A stretch of DNA of 64,000 nucleotides. Source: Camelus dromedarius. Its lineage: Eukaryota. The DNA lies in contig NC_087436.1 of assembly GCF_036321535.1 (NCBI RefSeq), forward strand, positions 41,108,001-41,172,000. Reading direction: 5' to 3'. Shown piece after piece: positions 1-12,927 of this stretch (positions are counted from its first letter, which is position 1; every line of letters begins with the position of its first letter). The notes beneath the pieces are model-generated. The model worked only from the letters and a program-made list of their open reading frames with translations, ran no database searches and had not been told where the DNA came from. A program made the translations under genes and the position numbers.

Positions 1-539
1 AGCCAAACATCAGAGGCATCTGCTTGTTTTATTGCTAATTCAGTTGATGTATTTGCTTCCATTGCTATAAAAATTTTCAATGTCTTAGTAGAGGTCAGAG
101 CTAGGAAAGATGTGAGAATGATTTTGAAAGACTGTTAATGAGGTGCTGAATATCTGTCAAAATACAAGTTGGCCTTCAAGAGAAGTTAATTATCAGCAAT
201 ATGTAACTAAATAAAAGAGACAGAAAATTAAAATCTTAAATGACAGAGTATGTTCAATAGGAAATTTATATAAGCCACACATATTCTCCAACATGCTTTG
301 TGACTATCTTGTTAATTCTAATATTTCCATGTTAGAAGTTACCAGGAGTCTCTAACAGGAAAACAAACAAAACAAACAACAACAACAAAAACTTGCATTA
401 CTGTGAACAGTCTTTCTGGCTAATGAAGGCTACAGCGACCTCAGCAGGATAGTAATCTCACTGAAGAATGCATAAAATTAAACTTTGATGCTGAATATGA
501 AAATGAATATGTGGATATTTTATCTTATTATTATTTAAA

Positions 540-3220
540 TGGCATTTTAAAATCCACTTTATGAAGGCATAATTTAAAGAGTAACATTTTTAAGTCTACA
601 ATTAGATAAATATTGAAAAATGTTACAGGTGTGTGACTGTATATTAAATCAAATATAAGTAATCCCAAACTTGTCTATCCATCTAACCATTGATAGATAC
701 TTTGGTTGTTTCCAGTTTTTTTAACACTTGAGATACACTTTACATACCACAGAATGCACCCATTTCAGTGACTTTTGGTCTTCTGGTATATTTACAGAAT
801 TGTTTAACCATCACCACGAACAATTTAAAACATTTCATTACCTCCAAAAGAAATACCTCATTTCTGTAATTGCCTCCAACCCATCTTCTAGCTCACTCAT
901 GTTTCAGCAACCAGCAATCTACTTTCTAGCTCTATAGATTTGCCTATTTTTCACATTTTATATAAATGAAATCATGCAGTATGTACTCATGTGACTGGCT
1001 TCTTTCACTTAGTAGAATTGACAAGATTCAACCATGTGGTAGCATATATCAGTACTTTATTCCTTTTTGTTTCCAAGTATACAGATCACATTTTATTTAT
1101 CCATTTATCAGTTAATGGACATTAGGGTGGTTTCCACTTACTGGCTTTTATGAAAAATACTGCTATAAATATTCATTTATAAATTTTGTTTGTAGACACG
1201 TTTTCACTTCTCTTGGATATATGTCATATAGTATTTCTATACTTATCTTTGTTTTCAGTTTATTTGTTTTGTCTTTATAAACAGAGGTTCTAAGAACATT
1301 CAATTAATAGTCCTTTTTTTAGATATAGTTTTTGTTTGTAAATTTCAGAAGTAGAATTTTTGGATTGCATGAAGTTTTTGTTCACCATTTTAAGAAACTG
1401 ACAAACTGTTGTTCAAAATAAATGCAACATTCTGTATTCATACCATGAATAGTTCCAGATGATTTTCATTCTTTTCATCATTAGGTAATTTAAGCTTTTT
1501 GAAAATTTAGACAATAGAGTGAATGTGTAGCAATATCTAGTGTAGTTTTACTTCGTGTTTCTTAAATGATTAATGATATTGAGTATCTTTTCATGTCCCA
1601 TTGGTACTATTAAATTTTGTATTTCTTCTTTAGTAAAGAAACTGTTCAAATTCATTGGTCATTTTTTATTGAATTGTTTTCTTACTGATGATATTTAGAA
1701 TTCATTACATATTCTGGATAAAGAATTGAGTCAGAGATATGTTTTACAATATTTTCTCTGTGAATTGCATTTTCATCTTTTTAACTGTGGCTTTTGAATA
1801 GCAAACTTTAAACATTTTTGATAAAGTCAAATTTCTCATTTTTTTATACATTCAATTTCTTGTGTTTTAAGAATTCTCTGCCTAGCCCAAGAACACAAAA
1901 ATGTCACCAGGTCTTATAAAAAATTCGAAGTTTTACCTCTTACATTGAGATTAATATTGAAGTTAATATTCATATGTTTTTGAAGTGAATTTGGACATTC
2001 TTTTTTCCGTAGGGATGTATAGCAGCATTCATTGAAAAAACTATCTTGTACACCCATTGAGTTACACAGACACCTTACAAAATCAGTTGACTATATATGT
2101 GTGGGGGGGGCTTTATTTTTGGAATCTCTAACTTGTTTCATTGATACAGTTGTCTATTTTTATAGAAACACCATACTTTCTTAATTCTTTGTAGCTTCTT
2201 GATAAAACTTGAAATCTGATTATTTAATTTCATTTTTTCCTTATGTTTTAATAGTGTTCTCTCAGTTTCAGGTTTTTGTTTTTCTTATAAACTTTAGAAT
2301 CAATATGTCAATTGCTATAAAACCATTATGCTCATAATGGTATAGTGAATGGTATTTTATTGATTCTATATATCAAATTGAGGAGGCTTTATATCCTGTA
2401 ACATTAGGACTTTCGATCTATGAACATGCTATTTCTCTTATTTATTTAAATTATTTAAATTCATCTCAGCAATCATATGTAGTTTTCAGTGAACTGGTTT
2501 TATGCATATATTATTAAATTTCCTCTTAACAATTAGATAATGTAAATGCTATTGTAAATTATATGGTTTTTAATTTTAATTTTCAACTGTTCATTGCTGC
2601 TAGTGTTCAGAAGTACAACAGGTATAATTTTAATTTGTGTATGTATAGTATAGAGATTATAACATGTGGTCAGTGTTTTTAATCAAAGCTAAAAAATATA
2701 TGGTTTTTATTTGGTCTATTTAGATCATTTCAATTTAATGTAATTTGAATATGATATGTGTGTATCTTTCAACTTGTTATCTCATTTACACTTGGCCAAT
2801 TTGTCTTTCTGTTGCTTTGCTTCTTCTTTTCCTATTTTTAATAAACTATTTTTTTCACAATTCCACTTCATGTTAACTACTGGCTTATTGACTCTATGTC
2901 TTAATTTAATTATTCATTCTTCTCTTTCATTTATGGATACATTTTTATTTATTTATTTTGTTTCTGGTAGAATCATATTTTCCTGTTCCTGTGCAAGCCT
3001 AGTAATTTTTTTTAAGCCTAGTAATTTTTAAATGCATGCTGGACATTACAAAATCTACACCTTTGAGTGCTGGAATATGTTGTATTTGTGTAAATTTTGG
3101 ACTTTTTCTAGTGTTCAGTTTAGTTAGAATTGATTGTAACCTTTCAAGTCTTACTTTTAAGTTTTGTTATGATGGGTACAGAGGAAGCTTCATCTGGGGC
3201 TAACTTATTGCCCTACTCTG
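540..3220 (-). mobile_element. Ancient degenerate LINE-1 (L1M-type) fragments, with an apparently nested L1 3' end at ~725-1230
   Basis: Antisense L1 3'UTR/ORF2 motifs such as 'tgactggcttctttcacttag', 'tttatccatttatcagttaatggacatt' and 'aatgattaatgatattgagtatcttttcatg'; T-rich; no intact ORF. Boundaries approximate. Confidence 0.8.
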
Positions 3221-3279
3221 CTTTATGAATCCCAAACATAAGTGATCTTTTTCTTAGTAAGACAAGTAATATAAATAAA

Positions 3280-3590
3280 TTAAGGAAAACATATATATAT
3301 ACAATAGATAGTGGTAGATAGAGGTCTAGGGAGACCTGGATCATATATGTTCTCTGTAAAGGCAGAATATGTTATTCTTTTCAGTCAGTTTTTATCATGC
3401 CAAAATGTTGGACCATGTATACTATGATTTCTGAATTTTCAAGGGAAAGCAGAAATTTAGATTTTTTTTGTTAAAACTTTTGATTTCTAGGTATAAGAAA
3501 TCAATTAAAAATCTTAAAATTCCTGGGAAATAAAACATTGTATGGTTCACAATATATAGACCTGGAGGATAGATTTATTAAATGGGCCAT
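3280..3590 (-). mobile_element. MER102-like hAT-Charlie DNA transposon relic
   Basis: 'gatttctgaattttcaagggaaagcagaaatttagatttttt' and flanks resemble the reverse complement of the MER102 consensus as I recall it. Confidence 0.5.
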
Positions 3591-4349
3591 AATATGTATA
3601 AAATATTATTAAACATTCTTGGGTCTAGTAAGCTTATAAGTCCATATTAACTCCAAGAGCTTGTTGACAACATGTTGTACAAAAGTTGCATGTTTATCTT
3701 GTCTAGTACGTGGACGGTAACTCAAGAATCCAAACATTGTCAAAACTAAAAATTAAGTTATTATTTCCCCAATATGAACATTGACTTCCTGGTAGATCAA
3801 TGTTTTAATCACTGCATTTCAAAGCTACATACTTTGCCTGTCTCCAGCTTGCCTGGCATCTGTTAGAGCAATGCACGATGTGAGGGTGTGACAAGCATTT
3901 AATGGAGCTTGGGAGGCAAATGGAATTAGTAGAGGAATATATATATAAGGCATAATGGGTCTAAAGCAGTGTTTACGAAATATTTCTTATTAAAGAGAAC
4001 ATTACACACTTTTTAAGATGTTCTGGACCAAAAATAATCTAAATGTTCAAAGAAACAACTTTGGCCAGAACACTTTTTGCATTTTTAAGCTGCATTAATT
4101 ATGTATTTAATTTTTAACAGCAGGTTTGAAAAGAAAAAGAGGACATTTTGTTTTGCCTCTTTGATCATGGAACTCTGACCCTTAAAAGACAGCAATCTCA
4201 AATATTTCTTTATCTGCAAAGTATAGGCAAATTATTTCTAGCAACTGTTACTTTCTATCAGTTGACAAGTCTTGTATTCATAAGAAAAGTAAATAATATG
4301 AAAATAACTTGTTGGCAAATTGATTCAGTAGAGATACTAGGGGCTTAAT

Positions 4350-4540
4350 CGCTGGTCAAGCTTCACAGGAAACAGTTTATTTATTTACTTTTCTGTAACT
4401 TGGGACACATATCATAATCTATTTAAATTCCTCACCTATACAATAGAAATCATAATACCTGTTTGCTTTCCTGTTTTGAAAATGAAAGATAACATAAAAG
4501 GCGCCTAGCAAATAACAGATGCTCAATAAATGGTAACTCA
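4350..4540 (+). mobile_element. MIR SINE fragment
   Basis: MIR core/3' motifs 'ctgtaacttggga...ttcctcacctatacaatagaaatcataatacct...gcgcctagca...gatgctcaataaatggtaact'. Confidence 0.7.
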
Positions 4541-7500
4541 TATAAAGCATGATGACTGCCAACCCTATCCTATGATCTGCATTAAATTTAAGGATTTAAA
4601 AAGTGGAAATTGATCTTGTTATAAATGTCAACATTTAAATATAAATGTTTCTTATTGTCTTTGGCTCTTATTTGTGTGTGAAAATACTCAGAGTACATTT
4701 AACGCCAGTAGAAGAGCTCTAATATAATATGGAATATTAGAGTTAATTTCACCCTGTAGAGAATTTAACATCAGTTACCTGTATTTGGAAGGAGCACAGT
4801 GGTCTGTAGTATTATTTTTAATTCAATTTTTTGCTGAATTGTTAGTAAATTCATTGACTAACGTGTCAGAGTACCTTGAAAATCAGACAGCATTAAACAA
4901 TGTAAGCAATTATTATTAGGCTTTATTAATATTTTTCAGTTGATTCTGATTTAAATAAAACCAAATACATAGATGAGGTTTAATTGTAGTGCACCCTACC
5001 ATGCTTTAATTAATCAATCAGTCTTTGGATGAGAATGTTTGATGACATTATCCAATTTCTTTTATTTGCCCTTTAACTTTCATCTAGGCCAACAGAGTCA
5101 GATGCAACTGCCATAGGTATTAAAATTCCCAATCTAGGGGAAATGGAGGTTAAACAGTAAGCAAAATACCTCCCTGGCATTGATCTTACAGTCACGCTGA
5201 CAGAGTTTCTAAAAAAAATTATCAGTATCAGTGAATAAATGGCATCAAAATGACAAAATAGATGGATTTGATTATTTTGCTTTGAAAGGTACATTCCTTT
5301 AATCTTGCAAGTGTTTTTCAATTTATAAGAGACTAAATGAACCAACATTATTTTTTAGTTAATGCCATAGCCACTTTGGGTGATTACCCAGAGCTAATCA
5401 GGTTATATGACTCACTGGTATTTTGCTACCTCGCTCTAATAACCTGAAATCTATGCTATTCATTGCATATTTTGAAGCACTGTATATATAAGATTAATAG
5501 CAGCTAAAGTGTACTGAATTCATTAAGATTGGCTGTGGAGATTCAATAGTTCCTTACAATAACAATCTGTTTGCTGATCAAAATATTTATGGAACCAATT
5601 TCCTTGAATAAAATAATAAATTTAGTAAGCTATTCCTTTTATTACATTTGATTATATTTATTTATATAATGTAAATAAATATAGTATAGGTAAGTATCTA
5701 AGTAATTCAGACAAAATGATTCAATTCTAAACATCCATATTTTGTATGGATATGCTGTCTGTTTAAGAATTTTCACATAATTTTTTTAGAACTTCAATTT
5801 GTGTGTGTATGACTATTCCAAAGGGTTGTTTAACAATTTCTCTAGTATGAAAAGGTATGTTTGATTTTAAATTTATACATATTTAAGTAGAGGAAAAATA
5901 AGTTGTCTTACTTTTTAACAAGTAACTTTCTTTTAAAGTTGGCAGAGATGCAAGAGCACATTCAAACTTCCACCACAGGAATACAAAAACCTGTTCAAAA
6001 ATTTTAAGCTTAAAATTTAAAAAGCCATTGAAAAATCACAGTTGACATGGTAATATAGAGTAAGGTTATATTACTTTATAATTTAAATAGAGCTTTGGTT
6101 AAAAAAAAGACTGACATCCTTTAATACTTTAATAGATCCACATTATACGATATATCATGTATTATTTTATAGAATAAAAACATAAATTCTATCTTTAATG
6201 TTGCAAAATAGTAACTTTACCTTGATATGAAAAATGTATTTGCATGGAAAAATCATATGCATTTATTATAAATATGTATTATGTTTCAAAACCTGGAAGA
6301 CATTAGTAAAAGTGAAGTCACACAGAAATGTGCATGTGTGCATATACATATGGATAACAATGCCTACATTATGGAAAAATAAATTTCCTAGAATACATCT
6401 GACTAAAGAGAGTCATTTATATAATGAAACTAACATAATATGGTCTATTAAGTATTTTATAATATCAAAGATAGACATACTAAGATATCATCCAGAAATG
6501 TAAGACCAAGGATAAAGTTAAATAATCAAACTCAAATATTATGTTACCATCATCAGCACCTATCATTTATCACAACTGTGATCACTAGAATATAAAGCAA
6601 ATTAATGGGCATTTAACATAATTTATTTTGTACCCTTGAAACTTAATTCCATCATCAAAAGACTACTTTTTAAAAGTGTTTAAAAATGAAGAATCGATAT
6701 TTTTGAAATAGTTTCGTTTAAAAGCTGGTTTAGATTTTCCAACATTTAAGTTTCTTTTCAAATGTTTCTTGATTAAACATATCTTCTGTTAAACAGAATT
6801 ATGGTGATGCCAACCCTGATATAATTTACTGGGATCACTGACCCAGTATATTTTGTGTTCAGATGCTTATTAAAAATGGTTGTTAGAATTAGGATTTTTA
6901 AAAGAGAAGGGTAACTACTGTTAATCAAGCATCAGTTATAACAGAAATCATTCTGAGATAGTTTAATGAAAAATGTCTATAAGACAGCTAAAACATAGCT
7001 GCAAAAGTACTATAAATCTGAGTGACTGGCATATTTCACTGCTGGGATAGTATGTGAGATTCAACTTTTTATGAGTTTTTTTTTTTTTCTTCAGAGTTCA
7101 TTTTCCTGTTAAGAAATTTTAAACTTATAGCAGTTATTAGATTCAAATTAAGAAAATATATTACCATTCAATTTTAAGGTACTTATACATTAAGCCCTAA
7201 AGGAAAAAAAAAAGTATTGGCTCTAGAACATCAAGTAAAATTTTAAGTGAAAATAAATAAATGTTTGAATGTTTAAAAATGTCATCTTGCACATATAGAT
7301 TTTTATTATATTTTCAAAACTATAGAGTCATTTATGGTGATATTATTTTAAAGTTCAAGTGTTAAAATATTTTCAAAAATTCATGGCAAGCATTAAAATT
7401 TAATATGTTATATGGATACATTTAAATATATCAGGAAATAAGTTTAAGACTGCCTAGGGCACACATTGCTGTTATAACAGTTGGTAAGTGGTAGAGTGGA

Positions 7501-7839
7501 GTTATTTTTTTCTTTAGTATTGGAAAAAAAGAGTTTCAATTTACTTGTCTCTTAATACATGGAGGAGAATGATTCTTAGCAGCAATCATTTAATTGCCCT
7601 TTACCAAGTCTGTAATAATTGTTATAGGCACTACAGAAAAGCAGTTAAATTGACAGATAACTTGTTTTAGTTTATTAAAATTTAAATATTTTTATTCTAC
7701 CTTAAAGTAAAATTTGAAATTTACATACTCTACCCTTTGTTTTTAAGTTTTGTTGTTACTAGTTTTGAGATTGAATTTTAACTTCCTAAATTGGTCAAAT
7801 GTAAATTAAAATGAAGTCATCCAGTTACAGAGATTTAAT

Positions 7840-8860
7840 ATTTAGTAATGAATGATGAGCTAAGAAAGTTTGACTAATTCTACCAATGAGAACAACTAGA
7901 AATCTTACAGAGAGAAAAAGAAGAGAAAAGAAAAACTGGAGATCAAATAAGACAACAAAGAATTGCAGGACCAAAATCTAAGCGACAAAGAACAAATAGT
8001 GATGTGAAACCTGCATTTAGATTCATTCTTTTCTTGGAGATGTCTACTAATTCAGAAAGATTAGCTGCGTGACAGAAACCAAGCAACAAACAACACTCTT
8101 CAAAACTTCCTGGAGTGAAGAAAACAAATGGAGTCTAGGGTCAGGCAAAAATGGTTTTCTTGGGAAAACTTTTAAATTTTCAGTTACAACACCAATTGGA
8201 CCAAGGGTGAATTGGAATTACATGGGCCCTGCCAGGAACAAAATATAAATCTCTGAAATAGCACTAAGGTGGTCTGAGACTGTTATCACATCTAGTGTTG
8301 ATAGATGCAATCAAAAATTCCCTCTAGAGGAAGAAAATACCATTTTAGATCTCAAAGTATTTGAAATATTTTTTCAAATAAGCTATCAGGCATTCAAACA
8401 CAAGTAAATAGGAACATAAAAGAAAATGACATGTTTGAAGACAAATCAACAGAAATTAATCAACAGAGTTATATGTTATAGGGTGTGATGCAGTCTTTAA
8501 AACTATTTAGGGAGCTAAAAAGTCAAGAACAAGAATTTATTCAGAAAATTAGAAATAATAATAATACCAAGTAAAAGCTAATAATGAAAACAAAAGCATC
8601 AATATTAATGAGGCAAAAATGCAGAAATTCAGGTTAAAGAAATCAACAATACCAAAAAAACCTATAAATACACACACAGGCATATTTCAAGTAAATGTAA
8701 TTGAATCAAATAAAAATTAACTATTCTAAAAAAATGTTTCGAACCGACAGTCAAATTAAAAAGGAACTAGAGTCAAAATAACACTAAGCTTTTCAACAGC
8801 AACCCGTAAAAAAAGTTACAAATTAAATACTTCAGAGTTGAAGGAAAATGACATTAAATA
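7840..8860 (+). mobile_element. Very old L1 5'/ORF1-region remnant
   Basis: A-rich with L1-like phrases ('accaatgagaacaactagaaatc', 'agcttttcaacagcaacc'); interrupted by an antisense L1 3' end. Confidence 0.45.
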
Positions 8861-9450
8861 TAATATTTTAAAATAATAACAACTTGAAGTATATTGCATT
8901 ACAATAAACTGCACATATTTAAAGTGAACAATTTGATCAATTTTGACCCAAAGGAATACACACCCTGAAACCATAACCACAACCAAGACAACGAACATTT
9001 CTATACTCCAAAAGTTTCCTTGCACCTCATTGTAATCACCCCTGTTCCAAGTCCCATTCTCGAGGTAGCCACTTACCTACTTTCTGTCATGACTTTTTTT
9101 TTCATTTTCTAGAATTTATATAAATTGTTTTAATTTTATATACTTTTTCTCCCTACTTTTTTATATTTATCATAATTATTTAAAAATCCATCCATGTTTT
9201 TATGTTTCAATAGTTCATTCTCTTTTATTGCTAAGCAGTATTTCATTAAATGTGTACAAATGAGTAATCATCTGTTGGTGGATATTGATTTGCTTTCAGT
9301 TGAGGGTTATTATAAATAGGGCTGCCATATACATCCATATACAAAGCTTTGGACATGTTTTTATTTAATTTGGGTATATGTAGGAGCAGGATGACTGAGT
9401 TGTATTATATATTTAACTTTTTAAGCTTTGAAACTTTTTTCTAAAGTGTG

Positions 9451-9485
<35 letters not shown>

Positions 9486-9640
9486 TGTGTGTTTTGTTGT
9501 TGTCATTTTGTTTTGTTTTGTTTTTACCATTTTGCATTTCCACTAGCCATGTAGCAGAGTTGTAGTTTCCTCATGTCCTCGCCATCAATGGTTTGGTCAG
9601 TTACATTTTAATTTTACCCATTCTAATAATGTCTTATACA
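8860..9640 (-). mobile_element. Old L1 3' end (L1MC/L1ME-like), containing a TG microsatellite
   Basis: 'ttgaagtatattgcattacaataaactgcacatatttaaagtg', 'aatagttcattctcttttattgctaagcagtatttcatt', 'ccattttgcatttccactagcc'. Confidence 0.75.
9446..9492. repeat. (TG)n microsatellite
   Basis: Directly visible interrupted TG run, followed by GTT/GTTTT repeats. Confidence 0.95.
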
Positions 9641-10139
9641 TTAAAAATGTATATTTTGCTAAAGTATTATTTAAATATAATGTCCTATCAAAGATATTCT
9701 TACACTTACAAGACCTGAGGAAATCCTGTGTGAAAACATTCTCAAAGAAGTACTATGGAAAGGATAGTAATAAAGCCAGAAGGTCACTCTAAAATATATA
9801 TAGGTAGTAAGAGTAAATGAATGGTATGAAAAATACATTGCCTAAAAGAGCAATTAAAAAGCCAAACAACATAGTGATGGATGCTAACTCAGTGTAATGG
9901 CAATGGTGATGATGTTGAGCATGAAGAGGTTGAGAAGCACCAATCAAATCCAATTACTTCTTTATGTTGAGGCTGAAATGAAATGATCCTAGAAAATCCT
10001 TTCCCTGTTAAAATTTAAGGGCTTTCTTCTGCTTTCTACTACAGGGTGCTTTCATCTCTAGTTCACACCTAGTAAACCCTGCCTTTTGGTGTAGCATGCC
10101 ATGTCTTGAAGGGAAAAAACCACACACACACACAGTTAA

Positions 10140-10260
10140 CATGCTGACTTCACACTTAATTTAAGTGGTTTGACAACCTTAGAACTGCACTTCTCTTATG
10201 TAAAATGAGATGACTAACCATTTCAGGGATTGTTATGGGGTGAGACTCTGAAGCATTATG
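10140..10260 (+). mobile_element. MIR core fragment
   Basis: 'cacttctcttatgtaaaatgagatgactaaccatttcagggattgttatgggg'. Confidence 0.55.
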
Positions 10261-11722
10261 GATGTTTCAAGTACAGTTGCTAACTTTTTCCAATCAGAAG
10301 ATTACAATGTCCTCGAAACATTAACAAATATATATTCTACATGTTTAAAATTCAAACATTCAATAGAGGTGATAACTGAATGTCTGAGTTTTAAACACAG
10401 TCATACACACACAAATGCACAACTTCAGTATATACTCACATGTGTAGCCAAGTGATTATTCATCCACTAGACTAGTATAATACATATAATATTGAGAATA
10501 AAAGTATTTTTGTGATACTCTGAATTGTATTCTCTCAACTAAGCATAGTTTACAACAGCAAAATAAAACTCTAACCATATTCTGCAGTGAGTGTCAGATA
10601 ATGCCTGCCAAACTATAATGCTAGTGTCTTCCTTCAGTGAACAAGCTTCATTAATTTGCTTTAACTTTGGCAGAAGACGTACTGTTGGGAACACAATGGC
10701 AGGTACTTCATTATGAGTCCAGCTGGTGCTCATAAATGGTTGAATTCAACCCAACATATACACCAGTCATTTGTCCCTGTAAGACTGTGTGTCAAGTACA
10801 ACCCAACATTCATACAGGTAGGCCCAGGGCTCAAAGAGAAAGCCAATTATGTTCATCCTACACTAACCCACGTAGGGACTTCAAGGATGCTGCCCCAAAG
10901 GAACAACATCTTTCTGTGATTCTTAAAAATGAGAGAAAATTAAATTCCATTTTAATCAGTAATTCATAATGAGAATTGATATTCATCCAATATGAATCCA
11001 GATTCTGTGTGGCTACTTCTGAAATACAACTCTCACAGCTGAACACATTAGAATAACAGAATCATCCTATAATGACACATGCTGGCTTTGGGTTTGCTTT
11101 TGTTTTTGTGGCAATTAATCCATTTTGTTTCACAGAAATGTATGAGATTGCTTTAATAAAAAGTATTTTCTTTCTATTTAGAACAACCTGCAGCCATATT
11201 ATTCTCTGAAGTTCATGTGTTTTGCCATTGGTGGGTATGGAAAAAGCAAAAACCATGGGTAATATATTAAGAAATCTTTTCTGAAGTATAATAATAAGAA
11301 TAATTTATAGATAACCAGAAATAATAGGCTGTGATCAAAGGTAGCTATTATGAAGTATGACAATATGAAATGTTCTTAATCTATCTATTAATAGGCCAGA
11401 ATTATTTAATCTTTGTGGGCATTTTACTTTGTATCCTAATGGTCCATTACCTTTACACATTCATCTACCTTCTTCTTATTTTATTCTTTTCCATCCTATT
11501 TCTCTCAATAGTGGTTGAAAAAATCAGACTGCTTGGTGCATAAACTGGAGTGTTTAATCATGCTGCAAAAATATTGCTCTTTTTGTTGCTGCTGAGGAAA
11601 GAATTGCTATTTTGTCTGTTCTCCTGCCCTCTTTTCCCTACCTGTGTCCTCTTGTGTGGCTAGAATGGAAACTGAATACCCAATTCTATCTTGAAGAAGT
11701 TGAAAACTATTTCTAGACCCAT

Positions 11723-12166
11723 TGTGCTAGTTTCCTATTGCAGTTGTAACCATTATCACAAATTCAGTGGATTAAAACAATGCAAATGTATTCTTTTACG
11801 TTCTGGAGGTCAGAGGTCTAGAATTGTCTTCTCAGGGCTGCATTCCTCCTGGAGTCTGTAGAACAAGACAAAACTATTTACTCGTCTTTATCGGTTTCCA
11901 AAGTCTGCCTCCCTCTAACTTCTGAGCCAAAGCTTATCACTTTCCCACCCTCCCCACCCTCAACCCTTAACCTCCTGCCTCTCTCTTATAAAGATACTTG
12001 TAGTTAGAGCAGGTCCAATAGGATAATGCAGGGTCATCTCCCCACTTCGGTAACTTTAAGTTAATCACATTTACAAAGTCTTTTCTGTCATGTAAGATAA
12101 TACAATCACAGGTTTGGGGGATTAGACTTGGACACATTTGGAGGGGGTGTTATTCAGCCTTCCTCA
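11723..12166 (-). mobile_element. MaLR solo LTR (MLT1 family)
   Basis: TG...CA termini and a perfect 5-bp TSD CCCAT (11718-11722, 12167-12171); MLT1 motifs 'ttctggaggtcagag', 'cttaatcaca'-like 'gttaatcacatttacaaagtc', 'cacaggtttgggggattagacttggacac'. Confidence 0.85.
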
Positions 12167-12284
12167 CCCATGAACTTCTAACTGCTTGGCTCAAGGAGGT
12201 TGGGCAGGTGAGCATGTCTTCACTAGCATTTCCTGGCCTTGTCTTTATGAAAAGGACTACCACAATGATGCTAGCTAGTAGAGA

Positions 12285-12927
12285 TGTACATGTACTTCTG
12301 TTTTGTTCAATTAATGATTTATTTTACGGAGTAGGGACAAGTAAGGGGTTAATTAAATCTAGTCTAATGGTGTTAGACTACTTTAATTTGAATAGTTGAG
12401 TTAGTTCAGAATTTTGGAGACCGATTATATATTGGAGAGGCAATCTTCCAGGTTTCTGCCACTACTCCCTTTCCCTTTTAATCTCCTGACTGACTTATAT
12501 AACCTTACAGAGCAAGAGAAGACTGACCCTACAAATTGCACAAGACCTCTAAACCTTCTCTCATACTTTTGGAGGAGACAGCAGATCAGTCAGTCTGTTC
12601 CATGAGCTGACAACCGCTGAAGTGTATCTGATGTTCTGTGCTTCTTTGGGTAGCTGGTTTGTAACAACAGAGTGCTTTATTGGCTATGGTCACCCTTAAG
12701 GACAGCTGTGTCTGGTGCTGGGGTCATCTAAGGGTGACAGAGCAACCTCTGTGGGCACTTGCATCCCAGAGAAGCAAAGTGCCCATAGGCCTTAGACTTC
12801 AGAAGATAGATTTTCCTTCTCAACCAAGATCCTGTTACCAGTAATTAATTTCCCTTGTATGAACCTTTCTAGAATAATTTCAAATGGGATTAAGCCCATC
12901 TTCAGGGCAAATCCCACATTACTACAT
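12285..12927 (+). mobile_element. Possible ancient LTR (family unresolved)
   Basis: Starts near TGT and ends 'cattactaca', with an LTR-like 3' phrase 'cctgttaccagtaattaatttcccttg'; more GC-rich than the flanks. Weak. Confidence 0.3.

Noticed and set aside
10713..11046. Overlapping 62-77 aa ORFs in unique DNA
   Set aside because: No recognisable protein similarity or convincing splice sites; length is consistent with chance.
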